This document shows, piece by piece, positions 42,294 through 52,427 of a DNA stretch of 64,000 nucleotides (the first letter of the stretch is position 1; each line of letters begins with the position of its first letter). Made by a program: the position numbers and the translations under genes. This stretch comes from Nitrospirales bacterium (GTDB lineage: Bacteria; Nitrospirota; Nitrospiria; Nitrospirales; UBA8639), in contig OY820905.2 in the NCBI GenBank assembly GCA_963555755.3, forward strand, positions 1,184,001-1,248,000, written 5' to 3'. The notes below the pieces were generated by a model, which made no database searches, was not told where the DNA came from, and saw only the letters and a program-made list of their open reading frames with translations.

Positions 42294-43745
42294 TCATTCC
42301 ATTCCCAAGGCTTCCCGGAGAGCTTGTACATCCGGGGCGAACTGCCCGAGTTCTTCAGTTTGCGACTCCCACTGCCATAACAGCGCTTCAAGCCGTTCCT
42401 TGCCAGATGCGGTCTTTGCTGCCTCGCGCGGGGTCTGGTCTTTTAGGGCTGGAAGTGAGGTACCGAGCCACGCCTTCCAATGTTGCTCTGACATCTCTTT
42501 CAATTGTGCCTGAATTTCCGGCGTCTCCTGAAGTTCCTTGCTTGGCGACTGACTCACACTGGTCTCCGGCGACCGGTTGGCGATGTCTTCAAGCATCTTT
42601 TTCGGTGACTCTATCACTGCGTTACGGAACATGGCCTGATTACCTAGCCGGACTTCAATTTCGCCTTTGATGACATCAGCCCGTTCCTGGGAATTGACAT
42701 TAATGGTGAGCTGATCGTGGTTAATAACAATATGGCCCATGACGGTATTATCCCAACTTGCATGTTGCGGGTTCCCTTTTTTCAACCACGGAAACTCAAT
42801 GGACACCAACTCTCCACGCTCGTCCTGTTTCCCATCTTGGATTAATTCATCGGCGTCCACTGTTAAGGCGAGTGTGGCGAGGGCATCCAGAGTTTGGCGG
42901 GGCGTGCATGTTAGCGTGTAGTACAGCTTGGTGGACTGAAATTCATCCCCATCAGTGTTGCGGAGTTCTGGTAAGCCAGGGTTAGAGAGTTCCTCCCGAA
43001 TCTCGTAGTAGATAGCGCGCAGTTCGAGATCATATAACAACAAGAAGTCCTGGTCATAATCGGAATGTTGATTCGCCATGTTCTCGCGGAAATCTATGAA
43101 ATAATTGTGATAGGAAGGTGGGATCACCGTGGGAGCACAGCCCACCATAATGGAGGCCCCATCCATATTAATGATTCGTGTAAGTATGATCGAGGCTTTG
43201 CGCAACATAGACGAGCCTTGACGTTCGTGAACCGTCACCTCCCGTCCCAGGATGAGATCACGGAGCGTGAGAGACTCGCCTGGTTCAACATCTGTCACCA
43301 TAAAAAAACTGTAGGGCTGCGAACAGATCTCCTCGATGAAACGATGTTGAAATACATCCAATCGCGAACCCTTTACCTTGAGATAATGCATGGCCACCGG
43401 CATTGCAGGCAGGTGTGCGGCGTCCTCTACCTCAGTATTGTCCGGTATCCAGTTGAACACGAACCAGGGAAGAAACACCGTGTCCAATTCAGGTTGAGCA
43501 CTCGAATCCATGGGCACGTCGTTCCACAGCGAAAACTCATCCCATGCCTCAGCCACGACTTCCGGACCGTAGTATTTGACGGCATGCTTGAGCAGAATAG
43601 GGATAAGCTCCCCTTCCGTCCTGCGCATGTTCAACCAGGTTAAACTGGCAATTGGCGTGACCTCCTTTGGAAGGCAACATTTCTTGTATTTTCTCCCGCT
43701 GCCACAGAGGCAGGGATCATTACGACCCAAGTTCGCCATATCCAT
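42294..43745 (-). CDS. SEC-C motif protein with C-terminal MbcA/ParS/Xre-like (DUF2384) motif
   Basis: GRNDPCLCGSGRKYKKCC; WLGTSLPALKDQTPREAA. Confidence 0.8.
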   Translation of the reverse strand: MDMANLGRNDPCLCGSGRKYKKCCLPKEVTPIASLTWLNMRRTEGELIPILLKHAVKYYGPEVVAEAWDEFSLWNDVPMDSSAQPELDTVFLPWFVFNWIPDNTEVEDAAHLPAMPVAMHYLKVKGSRLDVFQHRFIEEICSQPYSFFMVTDVEPGESLTLRDLILGREVTVHERQGSSMLRKASIILTRIINMDGASIMVGCAPTVIPPSYHNYFIDFRENMANQHSDYDQDFLLLYDLELRAIYYEIREELSNPGLPELRNTDGDEFQSTKLYYTLTCTPRQTLDALATLALTVDADELIQDGKQDERGELVSIEFPWLKKGNPQHASWDNTVMGHIVINHDQLTINVNSQERADVIKGEIEVRLGNQAMFRNAVIESPKKMLEDIANRSPETSVSQSPSKELQETPEIQAQLKEMSEQHWKAWLGTSLPALKDQTPREAAKTASGKERLEALLWQWESQTEELGQFAPDVQALREALGME

Positions 43746-43873
43746 CCTTTACCATAAAATCCGTTGGCTTCCTCGTGAGGAGCAAGACTCGCTCATCGAA
43801 AGCCCAACATTGCGATGATGATGTGTTGCCATTTTCCCTATTATGTTACCTGTTCCGCAACCGCCATCTTCCC

Positions 43874-45463
43874 CCCAAAATCCGCGATGGATTTTGTCAA
43901 CAGGACTCCTTTGGCGAAAACCACCTGTTTCATCCACGAGAGAAGTCGCATGGTCAATGTTCTTGCTGGATCCGAGGCCGCCTCCAAGGGATTCCTTGCC
44001 GCACTGGGTGTAACCTGCTCCTTCTGGGCAACCTGCTCCTTTCATGCTTCCTCTCGCGTCTGATTCCTGCCCTGGCTTATGCCTGGGCAGCTTCCGCACA
44101 GCGCGTCCGAATCTCCGCACACATGCCCCACAACCAGTGCTGCACTTTGAGGATCACCGCGCCGGCATGCCGGACCACGTTGCCCGCCCTCTGATACAGC
44201 CGCCAACGCACCGTGCGCCCTTGGCATCGGCTCCAGGCACGGGGGAAAGCCAACAACTTGAACAACACAAAGAGGTTGTAGGCCAACACGCTCATGCGAA
44301 AGAAGACGGCATTGGCCGCGAAGGTCCCACACGGAAGCCGTTCCAGGCCAAAGCCAAGCTTCAGTTCTTTGATGCGATTCTCGCTGGTCTCCCCGCGCTG
44401 GTTATCCCACCGCACCATCTCCTCGGGGGGTCCGTCTCGGTTCGTCGCAAGCAGCGTGTAGCGCTGGCGGGGGGCCTCGGGGGCAAACAAATCCTGTGGC
44501 ACGGGCCGTCGCAACACGATGAGACGAAAGGCGTGCGGGGTCTTCGCCATACAATGCACTGTGTCCGCAAGGTGTCCATCTCGGTAGGGTTGCCACTGGC
44601 ATTCCGGGATAGCTGCAATGGCGGCCTGCACGGCCGCATCCTGCACGCCCCCAATGGCAACCGTCACCTTCTGCTCCGCACACCAGTTGAACCGCTCCAC
44701 TTGGTACGCCGCACTATCTGCCCGCACAGGAGCCATCCGTTTCCCGTTGGGCATCTGGGCCGCACAGGCCTGAGTAAATTCTAGATGGCGGGACGCCGGG
44801 GCCTCATGGCCTTCGCGAAACTCCTCCCCAATCACCAGCCCATTTTCTGCCAGATGTCCCAGCAGCGGCATAGAGCCTCGCTCCCCCTTGTCCGTCCATT
44901 TGGCTGCCTGCTTCTCCGCGACAATCTGCGTGGCATCACGGTCGAGGGTATAGTCCGTAAGCGGCTCCCGCTTCCACGCCCGCCGGATCTGCTGCTGCTT
45001 GACGACGGCTAAGCCTGCCAACCCCTCCTTCTCTCCCATGCGCCGCAGCCACTCTCCCGTCGCATCTGCACTGGGGAGCACGGAGACTCGCAGCACCGCT
45101 CGCAACCCGGCGTCCTCGCGAATCTGCCGCAGGTCCTCCAGCGTCCGGCCCCCGCCATGCAACAGCAACAGTAGGGGCTCGACAAATTGGGCAGGGTGGT
45201 AGCCGCTGCGGCTCCCGGGCGCGGGCAAGGCCGCATCGAGTTGCCCGGGCACATTCATCGCTTGGAGAAACTCCCCGACCAGCGCCAGCCCGCCATGGGC
45301 GGTGAGCTGCTCGTCGGTGGGCTCGAGCTTGAACGGAAGAACGGTTTGTGGCCTCATTCGTTTCACCTCGTTGGTGAGGAGTGGCTAAGTGGATGGGCAC
45401 CCGTATCTTAGTAAATCAACGAGGTTTTTTTATGCCCGAAATAAATCCATCGCGGATCTTGGG
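43874..45463 (-). mobile_element. IS1380-family insertion sequence
   Basis: 21-bp terminal IRs cccaaaatccgcgatggattt (43874) / aaatccatcgcggatcttggg (45443-45463), 1 mismatch; GC-rich. Confidence 0.85.
44077..45366 (-). CDS. IS1380-family DDE transposase (probably degenerate)
   Basis: LTAHGGL, TLDxDAT, VRADSA, NQRGETSENRIKELK, ANAVFF..AYNL. Confidence 0.88.
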   Translation of the reverse strand: MKRMRPQTVLPFKLEPTDEQLTAHGGLALVGEFLQAMNVPGQLDAALPAPGSRSGYHPAQFVEPLLLLLHGGGRTLEDLRQIREDAGLRAVLRVSVLPSADATGEWLRRMGEKEGLAGLAVVKQQQIRRAWKREPLTDYTLDRDATQIVAEKQAAKWTDKGERGSMPLLGHLAENGLVIGEEFREGHEAPASRHLEFTQACAAQMPNGKRMAPVRADSAAYQVERFNWCAEQKVTVAIGGVQDAAVQAAIAAIPECQWQPYRDGHLADTVHCMAKTPHAFRLIVLRRPVPQDLFAPEAPRQRYTLLATNRDGPPEEMVRWDNQRGETSENRIKELKLGFGLERLPCGTFAANAVFFRMSVLAYNLFVLFKLLAFPRAWSRCQGRTVRWRLYQRAGNVVRHAGAVILKVQHWLWGMCAEIRTRCAEAAQA

Positions 45464-45716
45464 TTACACTTCCTCCACCCTCTCCCTTGCCATGACTGTC
45501 GGAAAAGTCTCGTCCCGAGAACAGCCTGACTTTTCGGTTAATACAGGCGGTTTTGTCAAAAAATAGTGCTTTCCTTTGGATCTACGAAAAATTTTCCCGG
45601 AATTGGGGTTAGCCATGAGAGTGTTTTGTATCATACAGGGTGCCGTCACCAAACGACGAGTCCCTTTTGTTTCGGAAAAAGGAACCAAAACCATTTCCGC
45701 CTAGGCGCGGCCCTAT

Positions 45717-45839
45717 AGAGAATGATCAAAACGTCCGTCAGCAAGGCCGCAGGCGCTTTGGCGCGCGCAGCGTACAAGTTAGTACGTGAGCACGGCAAAG
45801 GGCCGAGAACGCCGCTGACGAACGTTTTGATCATTCTCT
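45717..45839 (+). mobile_element. Family E element, copy 3
   Basis: agagaatgatcaaaacgt...acgttttgatcattctct with the E core. Confidence 0.85.
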
Positions 45840-45920
45840 TCCGGGTGCCTCCGCCGCGCCCAACGCGAAGACCCACGATCGAGACAGAAAATGAAGGAGC
45901 AACCTTACATAACAATTGAT

Positions 45921-46078
45921 TGTCATTTCGAGCGGAGCGAGAAATTTCCCCTCATTGCCGAACGAGAGATTTCTCCCAAGGGTCGAAATGACAAAGAAGG
46001 GGTGGAAGTGCCAAGCAGTTTGCGAAATGACAGGAGGGAAAGCCTGAATTCCCGATTAAGGATGTCTGGAATGACGGT
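45921..46078. repeat. GTCATTTCGA...TCGAAATGAC REP-like inverted repeat plus two related half-sites
   Basis: tgtcatttcgagcggagcgagaaat...atttctcccaagggtcgaaatgaca (45921-45993); cgaaatgaca at 46023 and ggaatgac at 46068. Confidence 0.6.
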
Positions 46079-46092
46079 AAGGAAAATTGCTA

Positions 46093-46109
46093 GGAGCCTG
46101 TCCGAGATT
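46093..46109. repeat. Solo family-H terminus
   Basis: ggagcctgtccgagatt is the reverse complement of the H right end. Confidence 0.6.
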
Positions 46110-46127
46110 GAAACGCAAGGATCACGT

Positions 46128-46847
46128 TTAGCGCTTGCTCCCCTGTTTACCTTCTCCCATCCACCCCTCATCCGCAAAAGAAACAAATCGGGCATCACCG
46201 ATGATGACGTGGTCGAGTACTTGGATCCCAAGGATATTGCCGGCTTCTTGTAATCGCGCGGTGAGCGTTCGATCTTCGACACTGGGCTTCGGATCGCCAC
46301 TAGGATGATTGTGGAGAAAGATGACGGCAGCGGCAGACTCCCGCACCGCTTCGTTAAAGACTTCGCGTGGATGAACTACACTGGTCGTGAGGCTCCCTTC
46401 GGACACGGTGATGTCTCGAATCACGGCATGCTTGGCATCCAATAAAATGACTTTAAAGACTTCATGCCGAAGATCGCGAAGCAACGGATAATAGTGCTGG
46501 AACACCGATTGACTGTTGGAAATCTTCATGCCTGTGGTGAGCGGTGTGGAAAGCACGCGCTTTCCTAATTCAATCGCGGCCTTGACTTGCGCAGCCTTGG
46601 CCGGCCCAATCCCAGGCACCGCGCAGAGTTCTTCAAGAGAGCGGTTTGCTAATCCCTGTAGCCCTTCAAGATGATGAAGCAGATCGATCGCGACCTGAAC
46701 CGCGGAGGAGTCCTGCCGTCCGACGCGAAGAAGAATCGCGAGTAGTTGTGCATCGGATAAACTTTCTGGACCTTCTTGCAATAAGCGTTCGCGCGGCCGT
46801 TCGGATTTCGGCCAGTTGACGATTCCTTTCCGACTCTGGTTTTTCAC
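46128..46847 (-). CDS. radC: RadC/JAB-domain protein
   Basis: ERPRERLL, GIGPAKA, VHPREVF, HNHPSGDPKPS.ED, LDHVIIG; start set at GTG 46847. Confidence 0.95.
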   Translation of the reverse strand: MKNQSRKGIVNWPKSERPRERLLQEGPESLSDAQLLAILLRVGRQDSSAVQVAIDLLHHLEGLQGLANRSLEELCAVPGIGPAKAAQVKAAIELGKRVLSTPLTTGMKISNSQSVFQHYYPLLRDLRHEVFKVILLDAKHAVIRDITVSEGSLTTSVVHPREVFNEAVRESAAAVIFLHNHPSGDPKPSVEDRTLTARLQEAGNILGIQVLDHVIIGDARFVSFADEGWMGEGKQGSKR

Positions 46848-47144
46848 GTGGTGCCTCGTATGCTCGGTTTGGGGAATTCGAAATAAAAAATCCCCCTCAC
46901 TCCCTTTTCCAAAGGGGGACAAGGTCATAGGATTTTGGAAAATAACTAGGTTGAAACTAGCTTCACAATCTTCCAAAAAATACCAGAGACGAAAGTCCAT
47001 GTACAAATAGGCTTCAAATAAATTATACTTAAATTATAAACTCGAGCTATTAATACCATTAAACGCACGCGACAGTGCATGCTAATTCTCTTGCTGGTCT
47101 TCGAAATGGTGTGCTAAGGTTTTTTCCCTTGTGGGAATACCTTC

Positions 47145-47735
47145 ATGACGATGCGCGTAGTGGCGGGAACGCAAAAAGGTCGACGCCTCAAGGAACCGAC
47201 GAGTCCTGGACTCCGGCCTACATCGGGACGGGTCAAAGAGGCGCTCTTTTCAATGATCGCAGAACGCCTTCCCAACGCCACCGTGCTAGATCTGTATGCG
47301 GGGACGGGAGCCCTAGGCCTTGAAGCCATAAGTCGAGGAGCGCGGAAAGTGGTCTTTGTGGAAAACCAGCCAGCCTCGATCCAGGTGCTGCGTGAAAATA
47401 TTACTCGCTGTCAATTCACTGCTTGTAGTAGCATTAATCCCCAAGACGTCCAGGTCTATTTGAACACCCACTCTCTACGACAGAATGCAAGCCCGTTCGA
47501 TCTGGTGTTCGCCGATCCACCCTATGAAGTTTCTGATTTGGAACCGCTCCTCAACCAGCTCGATTCCAGTGAAAAAGTGGCGACCAACGGGTTGGTGGTG
47601 ATTGAACATTTTAAAAAAGCCTCACTTCCTTTGAAAGCGGGGCAACTCCGGCAAACTCGGCAATCTCGTTATGGCGATACCATCTTGACCTTTTATCACA
47701 TGGTGCCAACCACGAAAGAAGACACATGCGCATAG
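47145..47735 (+). CDS. rsmD: 16S rRNA (G966) methyltransferase
   Basis: MRVVAG..KGRRL, RPTSGRVKEALF, LDLYAGTGALGLEA.SRGA, DPPY. Confidence 0.93.
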   Translation: MTMRVVAGTQKGRRLKEPTSPGLRPTSGRVKEALFSMIAERLPNATVLDLYAGTGALGLEAISRGARKVVFVENQPASIQVLRENITRCQFTACSSINPQDVQVYLNTHSLRQNASPFDLVFADPPYEVSDLEPLLNQLDSSEKVATNGLVVIEHFKKASLPLKAGQLRQTRQSRYGDTILTFYHMVPTTKEDTCA

Positions 47736-48205
47736 GCGTCTACCCCGGCACCTTTGACCCCATCACGCGCGGCCACACCGATATCGTGGCACGCAGCCTG
47801 CACTTGTTCGATCGCCTGATTGTGGCCGTGGCGCCCAACCCTCGGAAAGAACCGTTGCTGTCCATTGCCGATCGAGTGGAGCTCGCGAAAATTGTCACGA
47901 AAGATTTTCCAAATGTGGAAGTGGAATCCTTCAATGGACTCTTGGTGGAGTATGTGCGGAAACGTGGAGCGCATGCGCTTATTCGCGGGTTGCGTGCGCT
48001 GTCGGATTTTGAACATGAATTCCAGATGGCGTTGCTCAACCGAAAGATTGACGAGCAATTGGAAACCGTATTTTTCATGCCAAGCGAAGAGTACTCGTAT
48101 CTGACCTCTAGCATTGTTAAAGAACTGGCGATGTTTGGAGGACCCTTGGAAGATTTTGTTCACCCTGAAGTCGCCGAAAAACTTCGGCAGTGCTATCGCC
48201 AATAG
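47726..48205 (+). CDS. coaD: Pantetheine-phosphate adenylyltransferase
   Basis: YPGTFDPITRGH, RGLRALSDFEHE, SSIVKE. Confidence 0.97.
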   Translation: MRIGVYPGTFDPITRGHTDIVARSLHLFDRLIVAVAPNPRKEPLLSIADRVELAKIVTKDFPNVEVESFNGLLVEYVRKRGAHALIRGLRALSDFEHEFQMALLNRKIDEQLETVFFMPSEEYSYLTSSIVKELAMFGGPLEDFVHPEVAEKLRQCYRQ

Positions 48206-48210
48206 ACATC

Positions 48211-49404
48211 ATGAACCTGTCTATTCGTTCCACTCGCATTGTCCCATCGCCTACACTCAGCATTACCGCCAAAGCCAAATCCATGGCTGCGGAAGGCATC
48301 GATGTCATCGATTTTTCAGCCGGCGAGCCCGCACAAGACACCCCAGAGTTTGTCAGGGAAGCCGGGCAAGCCGCTATTCAATCCGGGTTTACCAGGTACA
48401 CCCCGGTCTCAGGAACGGATGAGCTGAGACAAGCCATCATCGACAAGTTCCAGCGGGATCAAGGGGTGAGGTATGAAAAATCGCAGATTCTTGTGTCATG
48501 CGGGGCCAAGCATTCGTTGTACAATATATTTCAGGCGTTGTTGGATCCTGGGGATGAAGTGATCATTCCGGCCCCTTATTGGGTGTCATATCCCGATCAA
48601 GTTCGATTAGCCGATGGCACTCCGGTTATCCTGGAGACTCGGGAATCCGACAACTTCGCCATCGACGCAATCGCGCTTGAAGCCTGCATCACAGCACGGA
48701 CCAAAGCCCTGGTCTTGAACAGCCCGAGCAATCCAACCGGCGCCATCTATTCTCAAGACACTCTTGCCCGCATCGCCACCATTGCCAAAAAGCACAAGGT
48801 GCTGGTGATCTCGGATGAAATTTACGAGAAGCTGGTCTTCGGCGATCCCCCATTTTTCAGCATCGTGTCCGTGGATCCCGAGGTCGTTCATCAAACCGTG
48901 GTGGTAAACGGCATGTCCAAAGCGTTTGCCATGACCGGATGGCGCATTGGATATGCCGCAGGCCCAAAGGACTTGATTGCGGCGATGTCCAACATTCAAG
49001 GGCAAAGCACCTCGAACCCTACGTCAATTTCACAAAAAGCTGCTGTAGCGGGATTGCAGGGCGGATCAAGTTTTTTTGAGGAAATGGTCAAGGACCTTCG
49101 ACCCAAACGAGACCTAGTGGTCGAACAACTCAATTCGATTCCTGGCGTAACCTGCCCAACACCCTCCGGCGCCTTTTATGCCTACCCTAACGTGTCGGGG
49201 CTTCTCGGACGTCGTCATTCCAAGGGAACCATTGCTACTCCCTCGGACTTGGCGACCTATTTGTTACAGGGAGCGCATCTGGCTTGTGTTCCCGGTGAAC
49301 CCTTCGGCAGTCCGTCACATCTTCGGTTATCGTACACACCAACCATGGAAGCCGTTCAAAAAGGAATGGAACGTTTTCGATCGGCCGTTCAAGCGCTTTC
49401 TTAA
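48211..49404 (+). CDS. PLP-dependent aminotransferase class I (aspartate aminotransferase-like)
   Basis: GAKHSL, PYWVSY, NSPSNPTG, SDEIY, SKAFAMTGWRIGY. Confidence 0.93.
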   Translation: MNLSIRSTRIVPSPTLSITAKAKSMAAEGIDVIDFSAGEPAQDTPEFVREAGQAAIQSGFTRYTPVSGTDELRQAIIDKFQRDQGVRYEKSQILVSCGAKHSLYNIFQALLDPGDEVIIPAPYWVSYPDQVRLADGTPVILETRESDNFAIDAIALEACITARTKALVLNSPSNPTGAIYSQDTLARIATIAKKHKVLVISDEIYEKLVFGDPPFFSIVSVDPEVVHQTVVVNGMSKAFAMTGWRIGYAAGPKDLIAAMSNIQGQSTSNPTSISQKAAVAGLQGGSSFFEEMVKDLRPKRDLVVEQLNSIPGVTCPTPSGAFYAYPNVSGLLGRRHSKGTIATPSDLATYLLQGAHLACVPGEPFGSPSHLRLSYTPTMEAVQKGMERFRSAVQALS

Positions 49405-49417
49405 ACCTAGACTTGCC

Positions 49418-49445
49418 TTGACTAACCAAATTTTGGTGTTATAGA
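49418..49445 (+). promoter_or_regulatory. Putative sigma70 promoter of the FmdB-family gene
   Basis: TTGACT-16 nt-TATAGA with TG extended -10; AGGAGG RBS downstream. Confidence 0.4.
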
Positions 49446-49485
49446 AACATGTAGTAGTGGTAATATTGCAAGGAGGAGAATGACC

Positions 49486-49899
49486 GTGCCTATTTATGAA
49501 TACCAGTGCGAAACATGTGAACATAAATTTGAAGTGCAGCAAAAATTTTCAGACCCACTCGTCGATGCATGCACAAAATGCGGAAAAAGTGTCCGCAAAC
49601 TCATTTCCGCACCTGGCATTGTGTTTAAAGGAACGGGATGGTACGTGACCGACTACTCGAATAAATTGAAGGACCCGAATGCATCGAAACCCAGCGACTC
49701 ACCCGACGGGAAAAAAGACGGGGGAGGTTCAGCGTCAAAGAGTGATGGGAAAAGTGGCGATTCGAGTTCCTCAACCGCAAAAAGTGAATCGAGCACCCCT
49801 TCGTCGTCATCTTCGGATTCATCATCATCTTCAAGCGCATCAACTTCGACATCAACCTCAACTTCTTCGCCTTCTTCTTCGTCTTCGCCAGGCTCATAA
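49486..49899 (+). CDS. FmdB-family zinc-ribbon protein with Ser-rich tail
   Basis: PIYEYQCETC...CTKCG...FKGTGWYVTDY. Confidence 0.9.
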   Translation: MPIYEYQCETCEHKFEVQQKFSDPLVDACTKCGKSVRKLISAPGIVFKGTGWYVTDYSNKLKDPNASKPSDSPDGKKDGGGSASKSDGKSGDSSSSTAKSESSTPSSSSSDSSSSSSASTSTSTSTSSPSSSSSPGS

Positions 49900-49911
49900 C
49901 GAACACCAACC

Positions 49912-50580
49912 TTACGGCGGACAGTCCCCGAAGGACTCAGCCAGTAGGTGACGCCAAACCAGTCGAGCAAACACTTCATAGCCGGCCGCATTGAAGTGCA
50001 GCCCATCACTGGCAAACTGAGAAGCTAATAGTTGGGTGGGTCCTTCTAGGGTTTCAGCGAATAAATCCAGGCACGGTATATTGAATGTCCGACATACCTC
50101 AGAAATCTGCTGGTTCAGGACGAGTCGTTGATCGATGTGGGTTTGCAACCAAGGCGGAATCCGCCTTTCTGAATCTTTTTGCCAGATGCCGGGCTCACCG
50201 CCATCTACACAGATCGACGGCACCGTCACCCCCACCGGTTCAATGCCTGCATCAAGGGCTGAACGGTACATCAGTTTAAGATTTTCAAAAATGTGCATAG
50301 GAGCCACGCCCGAACCCAAATCATTGGTTCCGCCTAAAATCACCGTGACTTTTGGCTGAGCTGCCACGACATCTCGGTGAAAACGCTTAACCATCTCACT
50401 GGTGAGTTCTCCGCAAATTCCCGTAACCACGATCTTTGCACCAGCCCCCACCCATTGCTGAATAAATCCGCCATAAGGAGTATCAGCATTCAGGCCAAAA
50501 CCTCCCACCCCAGTTTGATACCCTGCGGTCAGGCTATCACCAAAACACACCAAAAATGGAGCCGTTGCTTTCATTCCCAT
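49912..50580 (-). CDS. SGNH/GDSL hydrolase
   Basis: FGDSLTAG, GICGE, GGTND, DGLH blocks. Confidence 0.9.
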   Translation of the reverse strand: MGMKATAPFLVCFGDSLTAGYQTGVGGFGLNADTPYGGFIQQWVGAGAKIVVTGICGELTSEMVKRFHRDVVAAQPKVTVILGGTNDLGSGVAPMHIFENLKLMYRSALDAGIEPVGVTVPSICVDGGEPGIWQKDSERRIPPWLQTHIDQRLVLNQQISEVCRTFNIPCLDLFAETLEGPTQLLASQFASDGLHFNAAGYEVFARLVWRHLLAESFGDCPP

Positions 50581-50842
50581 TCCATTCCTCTCGCTCGATC
50601 CACGGTGGAAAAATAGCATGATCACGAAGCCTCACCTCGACTTCCCTGATCCTGTATAATAGGACATGGTCCAGCGTCAATGAAAATTTTTGAGACAACC
50701 TTGACAGCACCACATTCTAGTGAATACCTTCGGGGGTCAATACGGTTCTCTGCTAGATGCACCATGCCTCAGGTGTGAGACCAACCCTACCAATTGGGAT
50801 ACCCAACGTTAATTAATCAGATTGAAGAAGGAGGCCTTTGCC

Positions 50843-51418
50843 ATGCAAGGAGTAAGTGATGTGATTGCCACCAAAACGAGCACCCGGACAGGCGCGCTAT
50901 GCCTGACCTTGTTATTGATCAGCCTATGGTGTGGCCTCCCACAGGCGGTTGCCGCGAAAGACTTTAGGGTTGGGGTTGTGGACTCGCAAGCCGTGATGGA
51001 AAAGTCCAAAGCCGGAAAACGCTCCTTTGCGACCCTGCAAGAACATATGGCCATTCGACAAAAACTAATAGCGTCAGATGAGGAAGAGATCAGAATCCTT
51101 CAGGGGGAATTCCAGAATGCGAAGGGGCTCAGTGAAAAAGATATGCAGGCCAAGCAAGGTCTCTTTCAACGAAAGGTGCAGGAATTCCAAAGGCGTACCC
51201 AGGAGTTTACACAAGAACTTGCACAAAAAGAGCAGGCCATGTTCATAGAGTATATGGGCAAGATTGCAAAAGCGGCCCAGGCCGTTGCCGATCGCCATGG
51301 GTTCACTCTTGTGATCGAGAAAGGCCGGAAAGACAGATTACCGATCGTGCTCTATAGTCGAAAGGGACTCGATATCACGAACGAAGTCATCAAAGAATTT
51401 AACAAGAAATTTCCGTAG
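50843..51418 (+). CDS. OmpH/Skp-family periplasmic chaperone
   Basis: Signal peptide, RVGVVD, long coiled coil, DITNEVIKEFN. Confidence 0.88.
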   Translation: MQGVSDVIATKTSTRTGALCLTLLLISLWCGLPQAVAAKDFRVGVVDSQAVMEKSKAGKRSFATLQEHMAIRQKLIASDEEEIRILQGEFQNAKGLSEKDMQAKQGLFQRKVQEFQRRTQEFTQELAQKEQAMFIEYMGKIAKAAQAVADRHGFTLVIEKGRKDRLPIVLYSRKGLDITNEVIKEFNKKFP

Positions 51419-51485
51419 GGACCAGGTTCCATTGTTTTCATATAGAATTTGGACAATCTGAACGGACATCCCCTCACGCATTCAA

Positions 51486-51869
51486 CTATTGAGAATCAGG
51501 GCCTGGGTCAATTGGCAATCCCGCCTGACGCCAGGCCTTGATTCCACCTGCCATTGAAGCCACTCGTGTGTACCCCATCTCCATAAGGCTTACAGCAGCC
51601 AGCACGGACCGATACCCTCCGCCGCAATACAACACAATCTCGGCATCTGTATCAGGAATCAGTTTTTCGATATCGCGTTCCAGAATTCCACGCCCAACAT
51701 GCACCGCCCCTTGGGCATACCCGGTGGCATATTCATGGTCTTCACGCACATCAAGAAGATGAAATGGCTCGGCACGCTCGAACCGAGCGTGTACCTCCTG
51801 CACACTGCATTCACGAACCCGCGCACGAACGTGTTCAACTAATTGCTCAAATCCTGAATGATGGACCAT
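51486..51869 (-). CDS. Rhodanese-like sulfurtransferase
   Basis: LLDVRED.E, LYCGGGYRS, MAGGIKAW. Confidence 0.92.
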   Translation of the reverse strand: MVHHSGFEQLVEHVRARVRECSVQEVHARFERAEPFHLLDVREDHEYATGYAQGAVHVGRGILERDIEKLIPDTDAEIVLYCGGGYRSVLAAVSLMEMGYTRVASMAGGIKAWRQAGLPIDPGPDSQ

Positions 51870-52427
51870 GGCTTAGTCTCCTAGAATCCCCTCATGACTC
51901 TTCACGCCTCCTCCAACTCCGAATCATCGAAACAAGACACATGACCCCAAGGATGGCTAAACCCAACATCGATGCCGCATCACGGAACCACGACGAATGA
52001 ATATGGAGGTCTTCAACTTCAAGCGAATCGGAAGTGGTGAATCGTCCTTTCATTGACACTAGCGCGGCGTGAGGCAACGGATTGGCACCCAACTTGAGGT
52101 ATTCATTCGACACCGTTCTAATAACATCCCCCGAGTCCCTCTTGATATACGAAACCCGATCGAACTCGACCACTCGCCCCACGCGTGCCTCAGTTTCACG
52201 TAAGGTCTTCATAAAATGATTATCCGCTTGCTCGGCTCCACTCATGACTGCCACCGGAAACACAAAATACCCGGCCAGGACTAGAACGGACAGTACACTG
52301 TTTCTCGCGGAAAACCCAATTGGAATGAGAGGCTGTTCAACAGCCGATCGCCACGCAATCACCACGTAGACTAAACCAAGTGCCGAAAGTCCATACGTCA
52401 CAATGCTTTCCGGCCAATACCACCCTA

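Noticed and set aside
49740..49899. Ser-rich tail as a DNA tandem repeat element
   Set aside because: Codons are mixed; this is an ordinary low-complexity tail of an FmdB-family protein
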